Assembly (NCBI GenBank): GCA_030248215.1
Contig: JASANG010002792.1
Location: 558,001 to 622,000 of the forward strand
Reading direction: 5' to 3'
Length of the DNA: 64,000 nt
Origin: Enoplolaimus lenunculus
Lineage: Eukaryota
Shown piece after piece: positions 35,801-45,999 of this stretch (position 1 is its first letter; every line of letters begins with the position of its first letter). The translations under genes and the position numbers were made by a program. The notes under the pieces are model-generated. The model worked only from the letters and a program-made list of their open reading frames with translations. It was not told the origin of the DNA and made no database searches.

Positions 35801-38800
35801 TGTGTAGGTAAAATGGACTTTGCCTGTAGATAAGTTTGCTGCAGTTTAACTAGCAATAGTTATTTCTATTGTAGGCTTACTGTGAAAATTGTAATGGAAC
35901 ATTTGAGCTTTTCCGTGTGCTGTTTATGTAGAACTTAGTTAGGTTGATATCACTTCCCGTCGCACAAAACTTCAAATAAACAGCGGCATAACATACTTCG
36001 GATTTTATAACTTAAAGAGAATTTTGGTGTTATGAGGATCAGGGTTGTAGTACATAATTCAAGTTGAACCTTTAAGTAAGCATTAAGATGTCTTGTGTCT
36101 ATGCCTGCGGTTAAATTGTGTTTAGGCCACTAGCTGTCGGGTGAATATAAGAGATCTGATCAACAATAGTTATGCCAATTTCGGAAATTGTGATAGCGAA
36201 GGTATTGAAAAATTGAGATTACGTCACCGACTCAAGGTTGTTCAGGTTGGTTACCTGTCATACATTACTGTTTTGTTTATATATAAAGTGGTTCATCAAA
36301 GCTATCTGCTGCTATACGCCCAGCTAAAGTTTATAGGTTTAAATTTGGGTCAAATATTAAGCGCGAAACATATATTATTTTAGTCTAGAAATGTGCTTGT
36401 TTTCAGAGCCTTGAAGACAACCAAATGAAAAGTATAATAAAAAGTGTTGGGCCTGAATGTATGTTTACAACGGAAGAACTCCAAATTTTATACGGGTTGG
36501 TCAAGGTAAGACGTTTAGGATTATGTTCAGAATATTTTCGAGGACTGCATTTTTCGTTGGTAATGGCTTGCTTTCCTAAAAATTCTTGGTAAGGGCCAAC
36601 TTTTACAAGAATATCGACATCCGGCTGTGGTGTTCTAGTTGGCGCACGAAGTTGTTTTCAGGAAGAACACTTGCTGTCTTGGCAAAGTCGCCTTGCGCTC
36701 CAGTCGGGGAACCGTGAAAGTCTACTTGAGCGCCCTGCCAATGATCCATGTCTACAAACTCAATATCGTCTCGACTATGATCTGTTTGCTGTTTTACTCA
36801 GCCATTTATCTCCATGGGGCCGAGGACCGCATTCAGAGAGTGTTGCGCTCCGAACGTTTCGGGTTAGTTTCTCACTTGGCATTAGGTTTTGATAAAATAG
36901 TGGCCATTGTTTGTATTTGAAAATGTTTTACACGCTTAAATGGAACCATAGAGTTGTGTTACGTTTCCTAAACGTATGCGTAAAGATTATTTATAGCTAG
37001 GTTGGCAAGCTTTATTTCAGGAATTAGTTATGTGAAAATTTTGGTGTATGCGTGCTTGTTTTTTGTGTTTAATTTTTTCAATTTTTAGCTTTATGACACA
37101 AATAACACTGGCATATTAACATTTCGAGATCTGGTGATTGTTTTAAGTTTAATGTGCAGAGCTGATTTAACTGATCGACTAAAACTATTGTATCAATTGC
37201 ATTTGCCTCCGGCGCTTCTACCAACTGATATCGAAGACGAATATTGTGGTAAGTAGTCAAGTTAATTTTAATGACTGCAGTTAAAATATTTTTAGTTGTG
37301 GTTTTTTGCAAGAATTGTTTTTCATAATTTTGAGTTATTTTCAATGTTACATTTCTTGCAACTTAGAGTTCATTATTTCGTTAAACGTGTTTGTACGGCT
37401 CTACTTTACAGAAAACATATCAATGTGGAGCTCTCATAAAAGCCCTGACAGTTGTGAAATGATTGAATTTTTATTCACCCTTGACTTGATACAAAATGTT
37501 AGTTTTATCTGGTATAAAAAATGTGTCATTTCATCGTATTAGATTTGTCATTATTATCGGTAATTTATTTCCTTTTGGAAGCTACGATTATTTTGGTCGT
37601 CTAAAAAGAAAAGATACTAACGTGAAACAATACTTTATTTTTCCGCAGACGACACCGAAGTTGCTCGTGAAATATCCGAGGACTACGGTGTGACACCGCG
37701 CTCATCCCCATCACGCTATCCGTCGAAGCCTGTCAGTTTATTACCAGCACCGACAACTGGTTCACAAGTTGCGTTACTCTCTGGCATGCCAGGCAGCAAC
37801 AGGACAGTGCCAAAGTCAGTTCAACATCAGTCGAATATTTCTGAAACATCTTTGTCGCCGTTGAATTCACTTCACGACTCGAGCTCCTCGGACAGTTTAG
37901 TACCTATCGCTGGTTCGGTAAGCAATCCAAACGCTTCTTCTCAATCCATGACAACTGGGCCACAGATTGAAAGTCCTGTTAAATCGGCAACTGGATCAGT
38001 ACATACGCTGGAAGAACCTACTGATAGCGAAACGACAGCGCCGTCCGGTAATTGTTTTCATACTGCATTGTTTTTAGTAACAAACGGTTTGGCAAACCTA
38101 ACTCGTTTTTATGATTGTAATTTTTGTTTAATCATCATGGATGGGTTTTTTGCAGCTGTAGTTTGCGCATGCTTTGCAATTTGTTTATTGATCGAATACT
38201 GTTCAAACACGAATTAAGGTTAGTGCTTCTGGAAACTGATGAGGTTATAGATATAACTGCAGTAGTAGAACAATTGAGTGCAATTTCATCGTTGAATGTA
38301 AAGCATTGCAGCTGGAGTGTTGTTTCGCTTTTGTTGCGTGCCGGTATGAGCTTAATGTGCTAAAACATAATTTGGCTAAATGTGTTTTCCGAATTTATTT
38401 TTTAAAGTGCCGGAGGTTCTTTCACATGAAATAATTTTATAGATTCCTTTTCGCTGCTGGAAGAAACTACTCGTGAAAAGTTAAATAAGGTACAAAAAGA
38501 GAGCAAAATGTTGCCTGAAGATCGAAGTAGTCTGAAGTCGCTACCTACTATGAATCAGGTATGATAATGTTGTGCCGTTTTTGTCGATACAATAATACAT
38601 ACTGAAAGCTATTTTTTCTTTTTCACAACACCACTAACATTCACTTACTAATTAAATTTGATACCACTGAGCCCCCTTTAAAATATAGTCTAATTCAATG
38701 CGTGCCGAAATGCGTTTGCAGACAAATTGCTAACGATAAACATAAGTGACGTAATCTTTGTATAATTAACCCTTTCGTTTATAGACTCAATTTATCCAGC

Positions 38801-39786
38801 TATGGAAAACGATGTACGAAATGTTTATTGATAACCCGAAAGAAAATGAACTGTACCATTCTTTAGCAACAGTTGGTACGTTCTAGCCGAGTGTGGTATT
38901 GATGGGTTTTCTGGGCATACAGTTTTATATTCGTCTAGCAGCAGTAATGGCAAAAACAACTTAAATATTTTGTCACAGCATATTTTGTGAGTTATTAACA
39001 CTCTCTTCAAAATCACTGAATTAATATTATTGATTTATGATCGATATTATACGCTTTACAGGGACCCTGTTACTACAAATGGGTGAACTACGGAAACGAC
39101 TAGCACATCAACGTGAACGCAGACTCAGAGCGGAAATTCAGGAAGCTATGAAGGAAGCTTCCGCCGGCCGTGGTGGCTGTAGAGAAAACGTTTCCTCGGA
39201 TAATAAAAACTTTGCTCAAAGCGATGGACAAGCGCCTGGTGCGGACGAAGCAACGCAAAAGAATATAGATTCCGAACGATGTTTGAAGATAAACACTGAC
39301 ACGAATAATAACAGTAATTCTGATAAAAATATCTCGAATAAAATTACCGGATCATCTGTGTCAAATGAGGGAACAGAGGAGGAAATCGCTCTGTGCAATA
39401 ACGGTTCAAATAAGGTGAAAGATATTGCACTTTTAGATGGCAAGAATTCTGACGAGAAGACCAAATTGTCGTCCGACGCAGAAAAGATTGAGGCGAGGTT
39501 GCTGCAACATCAATTAGACCAAACAATGACGACAACAATTACGCCAACTGTACAGTCCCAGTCGCCAAATAGTAACAGCTCAAATATTTCGTCATCGGAC
39601 AGTAGCGCTGAAAATTATTGGGTGATAACATTCGAACAAATTTTAGCTTCAATTCTTACCGAACCGATTTTGGTGGAATTTTTCGAGACTAAACACAACA
39701 TTGCAGAAGCGGTGGATTCGTTCAAAACAAACCGATTTCGACGATCAGAAAGTTTCATAGTCGCGCAACAGCCACTTCAATGTTGA
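23808..39786 (+). CDS. TBC1D9: TBC1D8/TBC1D9-family Rab GTPase-activating protein (GRAM-GRAM-TBC)
   Basis: About 28 GT-AG exons, including 23808-23851, 24055-24218, 25907-25984, 26210-26299, 26431-26511, 27209-27342, 27860-28005, 30023-30275 and a last exon at about 39062-39786. Reads [85 protein letters not shown] and [16 protein letters not shown]. Some internal boundaries are approximate. Confidence 0.93.
24380..25760 (+). mobile_element. Cluster of Helentron-associated (DINE-1/HINE-like) non-autonomous elements
   Basis: 5' hairpin actccgagtgaaagtcggagt, core, (GTCC)n-like tract and caggaaccgctgaa(c/a)cgatt in two copies (about 24380 and 25170); shared gggtgcgaggaatctgaataaattgtt blocks also at about 21360-21600. 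Confidence 0.55.
26564..26979. mobile_element. hAT-like MITE (TAGGGATGT ends)
   Basis: tagggatgt...acatcccta termini with internal ccgatac sub-repeats; TSD not clear. Confidence 0.55.
29858..29992. repeat. About 70-bp tandem duplication
   Basis: aagtaggttttggtttc(g/c)gt(a/c)taggcctagct(t/a)atcttaag.cttaga occurs twice. Confidence 0.7.
30289..30930 (+). mobile_element. hAT-type MITE, same family, with internal ~250-bp duplication
   Basis: cagggtgc...ttgcaccatg; TSD ATTTACGT/ATTTGCGT; core block repeated at about 30315 and 30548. Confidence 0.85.
33961..34367 (+). mobile_element. hAT-type MITE, same family
   Basis: taggatgcaaccgga / ttccggttgtaccta; degenerate TSD gctgcgat/gctgcaag. Confidence 0.8.
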
Positions 39787-40603
39787 TTACCAATCACGTT
39801 ATTGGACCACTGAAGAATTGAATTGAATATGTCAATAATCGAAATTTGTAAAATAGAATTTGAAATTAGAAAAAAATAAAATCATTGCTGTATTTTATTG
39901 CACCTGTTTTGTTTCTGTCAATGATTAAAAACATTTATTGTTATATATTTTGGGTCATTATGAAGTAGAAACTCTTAAGGAAACATTCGTTTATATAAAA
40001 AGTTTAATTGTTCTGGCAAAAAGGTAGAATTTTGCTGGTATTTTTAATCTGCAGCTTCACCTTGGTTGTTAATTTGCAGTTACGGAAATACTCAGTTGTA
40101 CCAAATAAGTTACGAAACAACGTTAAATTAATTACATGCATATACACATTTAGGAGTCTTAACCCTTTCTCACATGAATATTTGCAATTTCGCATTAGAT
40201 GTAATTTCAAGGTGAGATTCGAACCCCAGCTACGGGGGTAACCCCCCCGGGGCCTTATTTCCATTAATTAAAAATCCCCCTTCTAAAAATCCCTCCCCCC
40301 CCTCCCCCTTTTTCAAATTTTAAAAATATATTATATTTTACACACAAAAATAATAAAGAAATAAAAACAGAAAATAAGAAAAAACAAAAAATTTTTCTTA
40401 CATATAAATAAAACAAACACACTTTAATAACCTCTCTACATCTAGACCTTACAAAAACAAAACTACAATAAAAATATATAATATACAACAAAAACCCAAA
40501 AAAATAAACACCATAACAACAAACAAAAATTATAAATTAAAACATTAATAAAAAAATAAATTAAATTATTAAAAATAATCTATATAATAAAATAAAAATA
40601 CAA

Positions 40604-40635
<32 letters not shown>

Positions 40636-40692
40636 AAAAACACAAAACCCCTCACCCTCTTCAGGCATTAATATTTACTTTTATATTAAATA

Positions 40693-42465
40693 ATGCCTAC
40701 AACCAGTGATCACGATGTCATTGGTATTGCTGGAGGCGGCAGTATTTTGTCGGAGGAGACTTCCACCTTAACTGATCAACCACAAACCCCAATGGACACG
40801 GCAGCAATTGATCACAATCAGGATTACGACGTCGAGGGTAATAATGATGCAAATGAATTAAAAGGGGACTATGCGAACTTATTACGGTCTAGAACACTCT
40901 ATGTAACTAATCTTAAATATCATGGTCTTAATAACTTAACGTGCGTAGAAGTGCTGAACGCTGTTAATAAGGTTTTCACTGTCCAGGGCGGTGAGAAGTT
41001 TAGTAATAGTGTTAAAATTATTTTCCCATCCAAGGACATTGCATCTATAGCAGCAGGTAAATCAATTAAAATTGGGGACTCGGAGGTAATTCTAGAAATT
41101 CCTCGCGACGCAACATTGCAATCTCCTTTTATTGTTCGAACTTTACATCTATATGGCGTCCCCTTTGAAGTTCCGGATAAAGCGCTACAGTCGTTCTTAG
41201 CTGCTCAAAATATTCAGTGCTTGCAACCTGGTCGTTTCATCAAGCATCGAGGAAGTGAATACATCTCAAGTGGTCGAAGTTTCTTAGTCCAGATCCGCCG
41301 CGACTATAAAATACCTCCTCGGCTCCAATGGTGCGATCCTCATTTTAGGCGCGGATATATTATAATTCGGGCATGGTACCCGGGTATGGGTCGGTATTGC
41401 AAATCATGTTATAAATTTGGACATGAACAATTAGATTGTGTTGATTTTCCTGCTTTGAACAACACTGAAGTGGACACGAACTCAGCTAAACAACAACAAG
41501 AAGAGCAAGAACCCAAACAACAGTCACAACAACAGCAGCAACAGAAACAACAAATACAACAACAACAATTACAACAACAACGGCAACAAATGAAAGCCGG
41601 GATAGACAAGGATCGCAGCAAGTTAAATACAAACAAGCAGTTTCTTGATATCAGTAACTTTATTATGGGGTTAATCAAAAATATTCAGTCCAGCATTAAC
41701 AATGATATTATTGTGAGAGAACCATTAGCTTTAGTCATCAATGGAAAGCTGGATTTGACTAAACTGCCAGAATCCGGGAAATCTTTTCTCAATTTTTCTG
41801 CTTGGTATAGATATTTGCATTTGAAACGATCGATGTCTCCGCCATTTCACCCTGAGGGTGAAGACGTTAAAACATTTTTTGATTCGAAACATCCAAGCAA
41901 TTATCGTCTTTCGAATTTCCATGTTGACAATCCAGTATCTGTTTGGGGCGAGTCTTTCTCATCTCCTGAAAAATTTGTCGCAGTGTGGAAGGCGAGATTC
42001 AGTGGTCGCAAAGATATCGAAGAGAAGGTTTGGGGAACAGACGATCCTAAATCAATAAAATTTTTACATAGTCAGATAGTTTGGCCGGGCACAACGTTAC
42101 ATTATTTGTGTATCGTTTTCGAATTAATTTATACGATTTGTTTTGCACGAGCACAACAATGTGATGTGATTGGGCGCACACTATTGTCAACAGAGGGTCT
42201 ATTGGTTGAGACTGTACCTGGGCCGGGGCCTTGGAGCTGCGGCCGTGGACACTCTGATAATCGAGCTCAAAATAGAGTTACCTGGCGTCCTGGCAGTTTA
42301 AACTTAAATGGTGACTGTCAGACTCTTGTGCGAGAACACATTATGTTACGAAAGGTGAGAACAGTAAGCACATCGTCTGATATATCTTCTCGCGTTACAG
42401 GTGTTAAGCGGTTGTATGAAGAGTCAGATGTGATTAGTGGCAAAAAGCCAAACATTGCAATGTGA
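40693..42465 (+). CDS. Retrotransposon ORF1p: RRM-like domains, CCHC zinc knuckle, poly-Q, C-terminal NADAR/YbiA-like domain
   Basis: RTLYVTNL and RTLHLYGVPFEV RRM-like strands; CKSCYKFGHEQLDC = C-x2-C-x4-H-x4-C (41398-41439); Q-rich tract about 41491-41590; NADAR-like motifs at aa about 392-551 (LSNF, SPEKF..WKA, LLSTEGLLVE, WSCG, NLNG...VRE). Confidence 0.85.
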   Translation: MPTTSDHDVIGIAGGGSILSEETSTLTDQPQTPMDTAAIDHNQDYDVEGNNDANELKGDYANLLRSRTLYVTNLKYHGLNNLTCVEVLNAVNKVFTVQGGEKFSNSVKIIFPSKDIASIAAGKSIKIGDSEVILEIPRDATLQSPFIVRTLHLYGVPFEVPDKALQSFLAAQNIQCLQPGRFIKHRGSEYISSGRSFLVQIRRDYKIPPRLQWCDPHFRRGYIIIRAWYPGMGRYCKSCYKFGHEQLDCVDFPALNNTEVDTNSAKQQQEEQEPKQQSQQQQQQKQQIQQQQLQQQRQQMKAGIDKDRSKLNTNKQFLDISNFIMGLIKNIQSSINNDIIVREPLALVINGKLDLTKLPESGKSFLNFSAWYRYLHLKRSMSPPFHPEGEDVKTFFDSKHPSNYRLSNFHVDNPVSVWGESFSSPEKFVAVWKARFSGRKDIEEKVWGTDDPKSIKFLHSQIVWPGTTLHYLCIVFELIYTICFARAQQCDVIGRTLLSTEGLLVETVPGPGPWSCGRGHSDNRAQNRVTWRPGSLNLNGDCQTLVREHIMLRKVRTVSTSSDISSRVTGVKRLYEESDVISGKKPNIAM

Positions 42466-42519
42466 ACGTGCATTTTTTTTTGTTTTACATGCCTTAAATT
42501 GATATGAAAGAGAGTCAAT

Positions 42520-45500
42520 ATGGATCTGCCAAATTTCTTTTCTTTTTCCAGTTTAAATTGCAGATCCATTAAGCATTTTCGAAAAGTGTCGATAGTTTTT
42601 GAAAGGATAAAAGATTTGGATTTGATTTGTCTGCAAGAGACACATTTTAAAAACAACTGGGATGCAGAGATTTTTGATAGAATTTTCTCACGCAATTTTA
42701 AAATATTTCACAGTTTCGCAAGCGAGGAGAATAGTAAAACAGGGGTAACGGTCCTTATAAATAGGACAGCTCCTGTTGGTCAAATTGAAAACATTTTTAA
42801 TATTCAGGGTAGGGCGGTCACGATTGCTTTTAGTATTGGCTCTCTTTCTTTTTTCTTAATTGGTATTTATGCTCCCGCGAACGGCGAGCAGCGAGTAGTT
42901 TTTTTCAACCAGCTGATGCAACAAGTGCAAAATTCGTTTTGGTTTGATTATAAATGTGTTATTATGTTGGGTGATTTTAACTTAGTTGAGGACCCGGTTT
43001 TGGACCGATCACGGCCGTCATATGATCAGCAGCAAGGCCTGAGAGAGCTTTATTGTTTGAAGGAACTGTTGGTGATATCTGATGTTTTTAGGGAGACACA
43101 TCCAAATAAAAACGACTTTTTTACTTTTCTTTCAGACATTCATGGAAGTCAGTCTCGTATAGATCGGATTTATATGCCGGCTTTTTTACAACCGGGCGCT
43201 TTGTGTACCGCTCGTGCAGTGAACAAGACAGATCATAGGTTGTTTAGAGTTAAGATTCGCTTACCTAATTTAAAGAGAGGTAAAGGATACTATAAGATGA
43301 ATACAATGCTTTTGGGTGAAGTCGGCGTACAGACCTTTGTTTTAACGCGGCTCAAACATTTAATGAACATTTCCACAGGGTTTTCTATGATGTGGGAAGT
43401 ATTTAAGGCTGATGTTAAAACCTTCTTTGTAAAGTTGGGTAAAAATAAAGCTAAGGAACGCGACATGTTGAGGAAATCATTAGAGAGCCAAGTTATTAAT
43501 GTACAAATGCTGATAGGACAGTATCCAAACAATCCGAATCTCAGATCGGGTCTTAAAAAGCTAAAAAATGAAATCGAATTATTGAATGCATTTTATATTG
43601 CTTCTTGCAGGCATAATACGTACTACGGTAGTGAGGTAAATGACAACGCCTCTTTAGCAACAGTCAAGTCTCTTCAACGTAAGAACTGGGAAGCCAGGCA
43701 TATAAGCTCGATCGAAAGGTCTGATGGCACGTTAGTAACAGACTCAGATGCAGTTCTAGGTGAAATTACTGAGCAGTATTCCAACGTATTCAGATCGGAA
43801 GGGATAAGCGGAGAAGATCTCACTTTTTTTCTGGCACAAAATGGTCTTTCCAAGTTGAGTGAGGTGGAAAAAAATACTTTAGAGGGACCCATTACGTCAG
43901 TTGAAATAGCGAGCGCTATTAAATCTATGCAGGGTAAAAAGACGCCGGGATACGATGGTATTTCTGTTGAATTCTATTGGCTGTTTTGTGGAATATTATC
44001 TGAATTTTTGTGTAAAATGTATAACGCGTTCTTGGATGATCTTAAGCTCAATTCCTCCGCATATGATGGTGTTATTACCCTATTATATAAAGGGAATGGA
44101 AGGAAAACGTGTCGCGATAATTGGCGGCCAATTACGTTGCTGAATATAGATTATAAGATTTTTACGAAAGTTTTGGCAAAAAGATTAGAATCGGTCATGA
44201 AATCTTTAGTCCACCCGGATCAGACAAGCTCGGTTCCCGACAGAATTATCCAAGACAGTGTTGCACATGTCATGTCTGTTATTCATTATGCCAATGAAAG
44301 CAACGCAAAGGCGTTGCTGCTATCAGTTGATCACAAAGCCGCTTTTGATTTGGTGGAGTGGTCATTTATTTTTGAGACACTTAGGGTCATGAATTTTGGC
44401 GAAAACTTTTTAAACATGATCAAATGTATTTATAAACCCGGATGTACAAGATCATCTGTTATAGTTAATGGTTTTAAGTCAGAATTTTTTCATGTTTTCC
44501 GTGGAATTCGACAAGGGTGTCCCTTATCGCCGTCATTATATGTCATAACAGCGGAAGTGGTAGCTCATTATCTTCGAATAACTTCAAGAATTTCGGGGAT
44601 ACCACTATACGGCATTAACACCCGAGTGACTAAGTTTGCCGACGACACTAATATTTTTCTAAGTAGGATTTCAGATATAAGTGTGGTTTTTGATGTTTTT
44701 GAAAAATTTCAAAAGGCCTCTGGCAGCCGACTAAAGGAAACTAAAACACAGATACTATTAATGGGCGATCTAAGGAACGCACTTGTACCCCATCAATATG
44801 CACGCTTTATTGTTGAAAGAGTGAAAATTTATGGCCTTTGGTTTGATTCAAAGGGACTCGATGTTCCTGAAAATTGGATAAAGTGCTATGAAGCAATTGC
44901 AAGTCTTGAACAGCGAATACCGCCCCGAGGTATCTCTGTTTTTGGAAAAATACATCTTGTTCACATTTATTTTTTGTGTATGTTTAATTATTTGATAAAA
45001 TTAGTAACACCCCCTGAGCAACTAGTGAAGGAAACTATCAATGTGGTTTATAAGTGGTTGTGGTACCCGTCCACCGCTAGTATTATTAGAAGGGATATCC
45101 TGTTTTTACAACCTAGACACGGCGGGATAAATTTCCCAAATATTTTTGTCAGACTGAAAGTGAATCGTTTAATGTTTTATATTCGAATATTAAGAGGTAC
45201 CGAAGTTGTGAGTTGGAAGAGATGTTTTGAACATTTCTTTCGGCAAGTTCAGTTTTCGACTAAACGTCAACTGAGACGCATTGATGTACCGGAGTTATAT
45301 AAAGAGATACGGATTGCAATGATTGAGTCATCTTTTAAAATGGATGGAAATTTTTGTTGGTTTTTTGGCGAAAAGTTATCCTTAAAAACAGTGTCGGCAA
45401 ATAAATTGTATAAAATGTGGATACACGCTGTGTATAAGGGACTCATGCATCCTAAACATGTTTTTTGGCGAGACGAGCTAGGAGTTGAACCTATTTTTGT

Positions 45501-45999
45501 CGAGCGATCATGGATATGGGCAAAAGCGAAATATGTTGACGGCTCTGCGCGAGACGTCCATTTTAGGTTAAGACACAAGTCATTGTATACTAATCACCGC
45601 ACTAGTCATTTTACAGATGGGACAAATATATGTTCGTTTTGTTATTTGGATGGAATTGAAGTGCGGGAGGATAATGTTCATGTGTTTATTTATTGTTTGC
45701 GGGCGCAAGAAATTAGTTTTTTCATTACTCCCGTTTTGCAACAGGTAGCTGGAGTAAATGAAATAACGATTTCGGATTTAATTTTGGGACGAAATATTCA
45801 CGACCCATTAAAGAGAATAGCTTTTAATTTCATCGTCCAACATGCACAATTGGCAATATGGAGTGCTCGATGTAAACTCGAGTTTAACAATGAAAATGTC
45901 TGTGTTGTTGATGTTTTTCAGGAAAATGTTTATAGAAATTTGTGCAAACTTAAGCTGTATCTAAAAGAAGAATGTTTTTTAAGGTTTTTGGAACAATAA
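42520..45999 (+). CDS. Retrotransposon ORF2p: APE endonuclease, reverse transcriptase, C-terminal Cys/His zinc motif
   Basis: EN: SLNCRS, LQETH, GDFN, SRIDRIY, TDH. RT: KTPGYDGISVEFY, NWRPITLLNIDYKIF, DHKAAFD, GIRQGCPLSP, FADD. C-terminus CSFC...EDNVHVFIYC. 1159 aa with no stops. Confidence 0.97.
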   Translation: MDLPNFFSFSSLNCRSIKHFRKVSIVFERIKDLDLICLQETHFKNNWDAEIFDRIFSRNFKIFHSFASEENSKTGVTVLINRTAPVGQIENIFNIQGRAVTIAFSIGSLSFFLIGIYAPANGEQRVVFFNQLMQQVQNSFWFDYKCVIMLGDFNLVEDPVLDRSRPSYDQQQGLRELYCLKELLVISDVFRETHPNKNDFFTFLSDIHGSQSRIDRIYMPAFLQPGALCTARAVNKTDHRLFRVKIRLPNLKRGKGYYKMNTMLLGEVGVQTFVLTRLKHLMNISTGFSMMWEVFKADVKTFFVKLGKNKAKERDMLRKSLESQVINVQMLIGQYPNNPNLRSGLKKLKNEIELLNAFYIASCRHNTYYGSEVNDNASLATVKSLQRKNWEARHISSIERSDGTLVTDSDAVLGEITEQYSNVFRSEGISGEDLTFFLAQNGLSKLSEVEKNTLEGPITSVEIASAIKSMQGKKTPGYDGISVEFYWLFCGILSEFLCKMYNAFLDDLKLNSSAYDGVITLLYKGNGRKTCRDNWRPITLLNIDYKIFTKVLAKRLESVMKSLVHPDQTSSVPDRIIQDSVAHVMSVIHYANESNAKALLLSVDHKAAFDLVEWSFIFETLRVMNFGENFLNMIKCIYKPGCTRSSVIVNGFKSEFFHVFRGIRQGCPLSPSLYVITAEVVAHYLRITSRISGIPLYGINTRVTKFADDTNIFLSRISDISVVFDVFEKFQKASGSRLKETKTQILLMGDLRNALVPHQYARFIVERVKIYGLWFDSKGLDVPENWIKCYEAIASLEQRIPPRGISVFGKIHLVHIYFLCMFNYLIKLVTPPEQLVKETINVVYKWLWYPSTASIIRRDILFLQPRHGGINFPNIFVRLKVNRLMFYIRILRGTEVVSWKRCFEHFFRQVQFSTKRQLRRIDVPELYKEIRIAMIESSFKMDGNFCWFFGEKLSLKTVSANKLYKMWIHAVYKGLMHPKHVFWRDELGVEPIFVERSWIWAKAKYVDGSARDVHFRLRHKSLYTNHRTSHFTDGTNICSFCYLDGIEVREDNVHVFIYCLRAQEISFFITPVLQQVAGVNEITISDLILGRNIHDPLKRIAFNFIVQHAQLAIWSARCKLEFNNENVCVVDVFQENVYRNLCKLKLYLKEECFLRFLEQ

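Noticed and set aside
41409..41678. Minus-strand poly-Cys ORF resembling metallothionein
   Set aside because: Antisense reading of the ORF1 CAA poly-Q tract.
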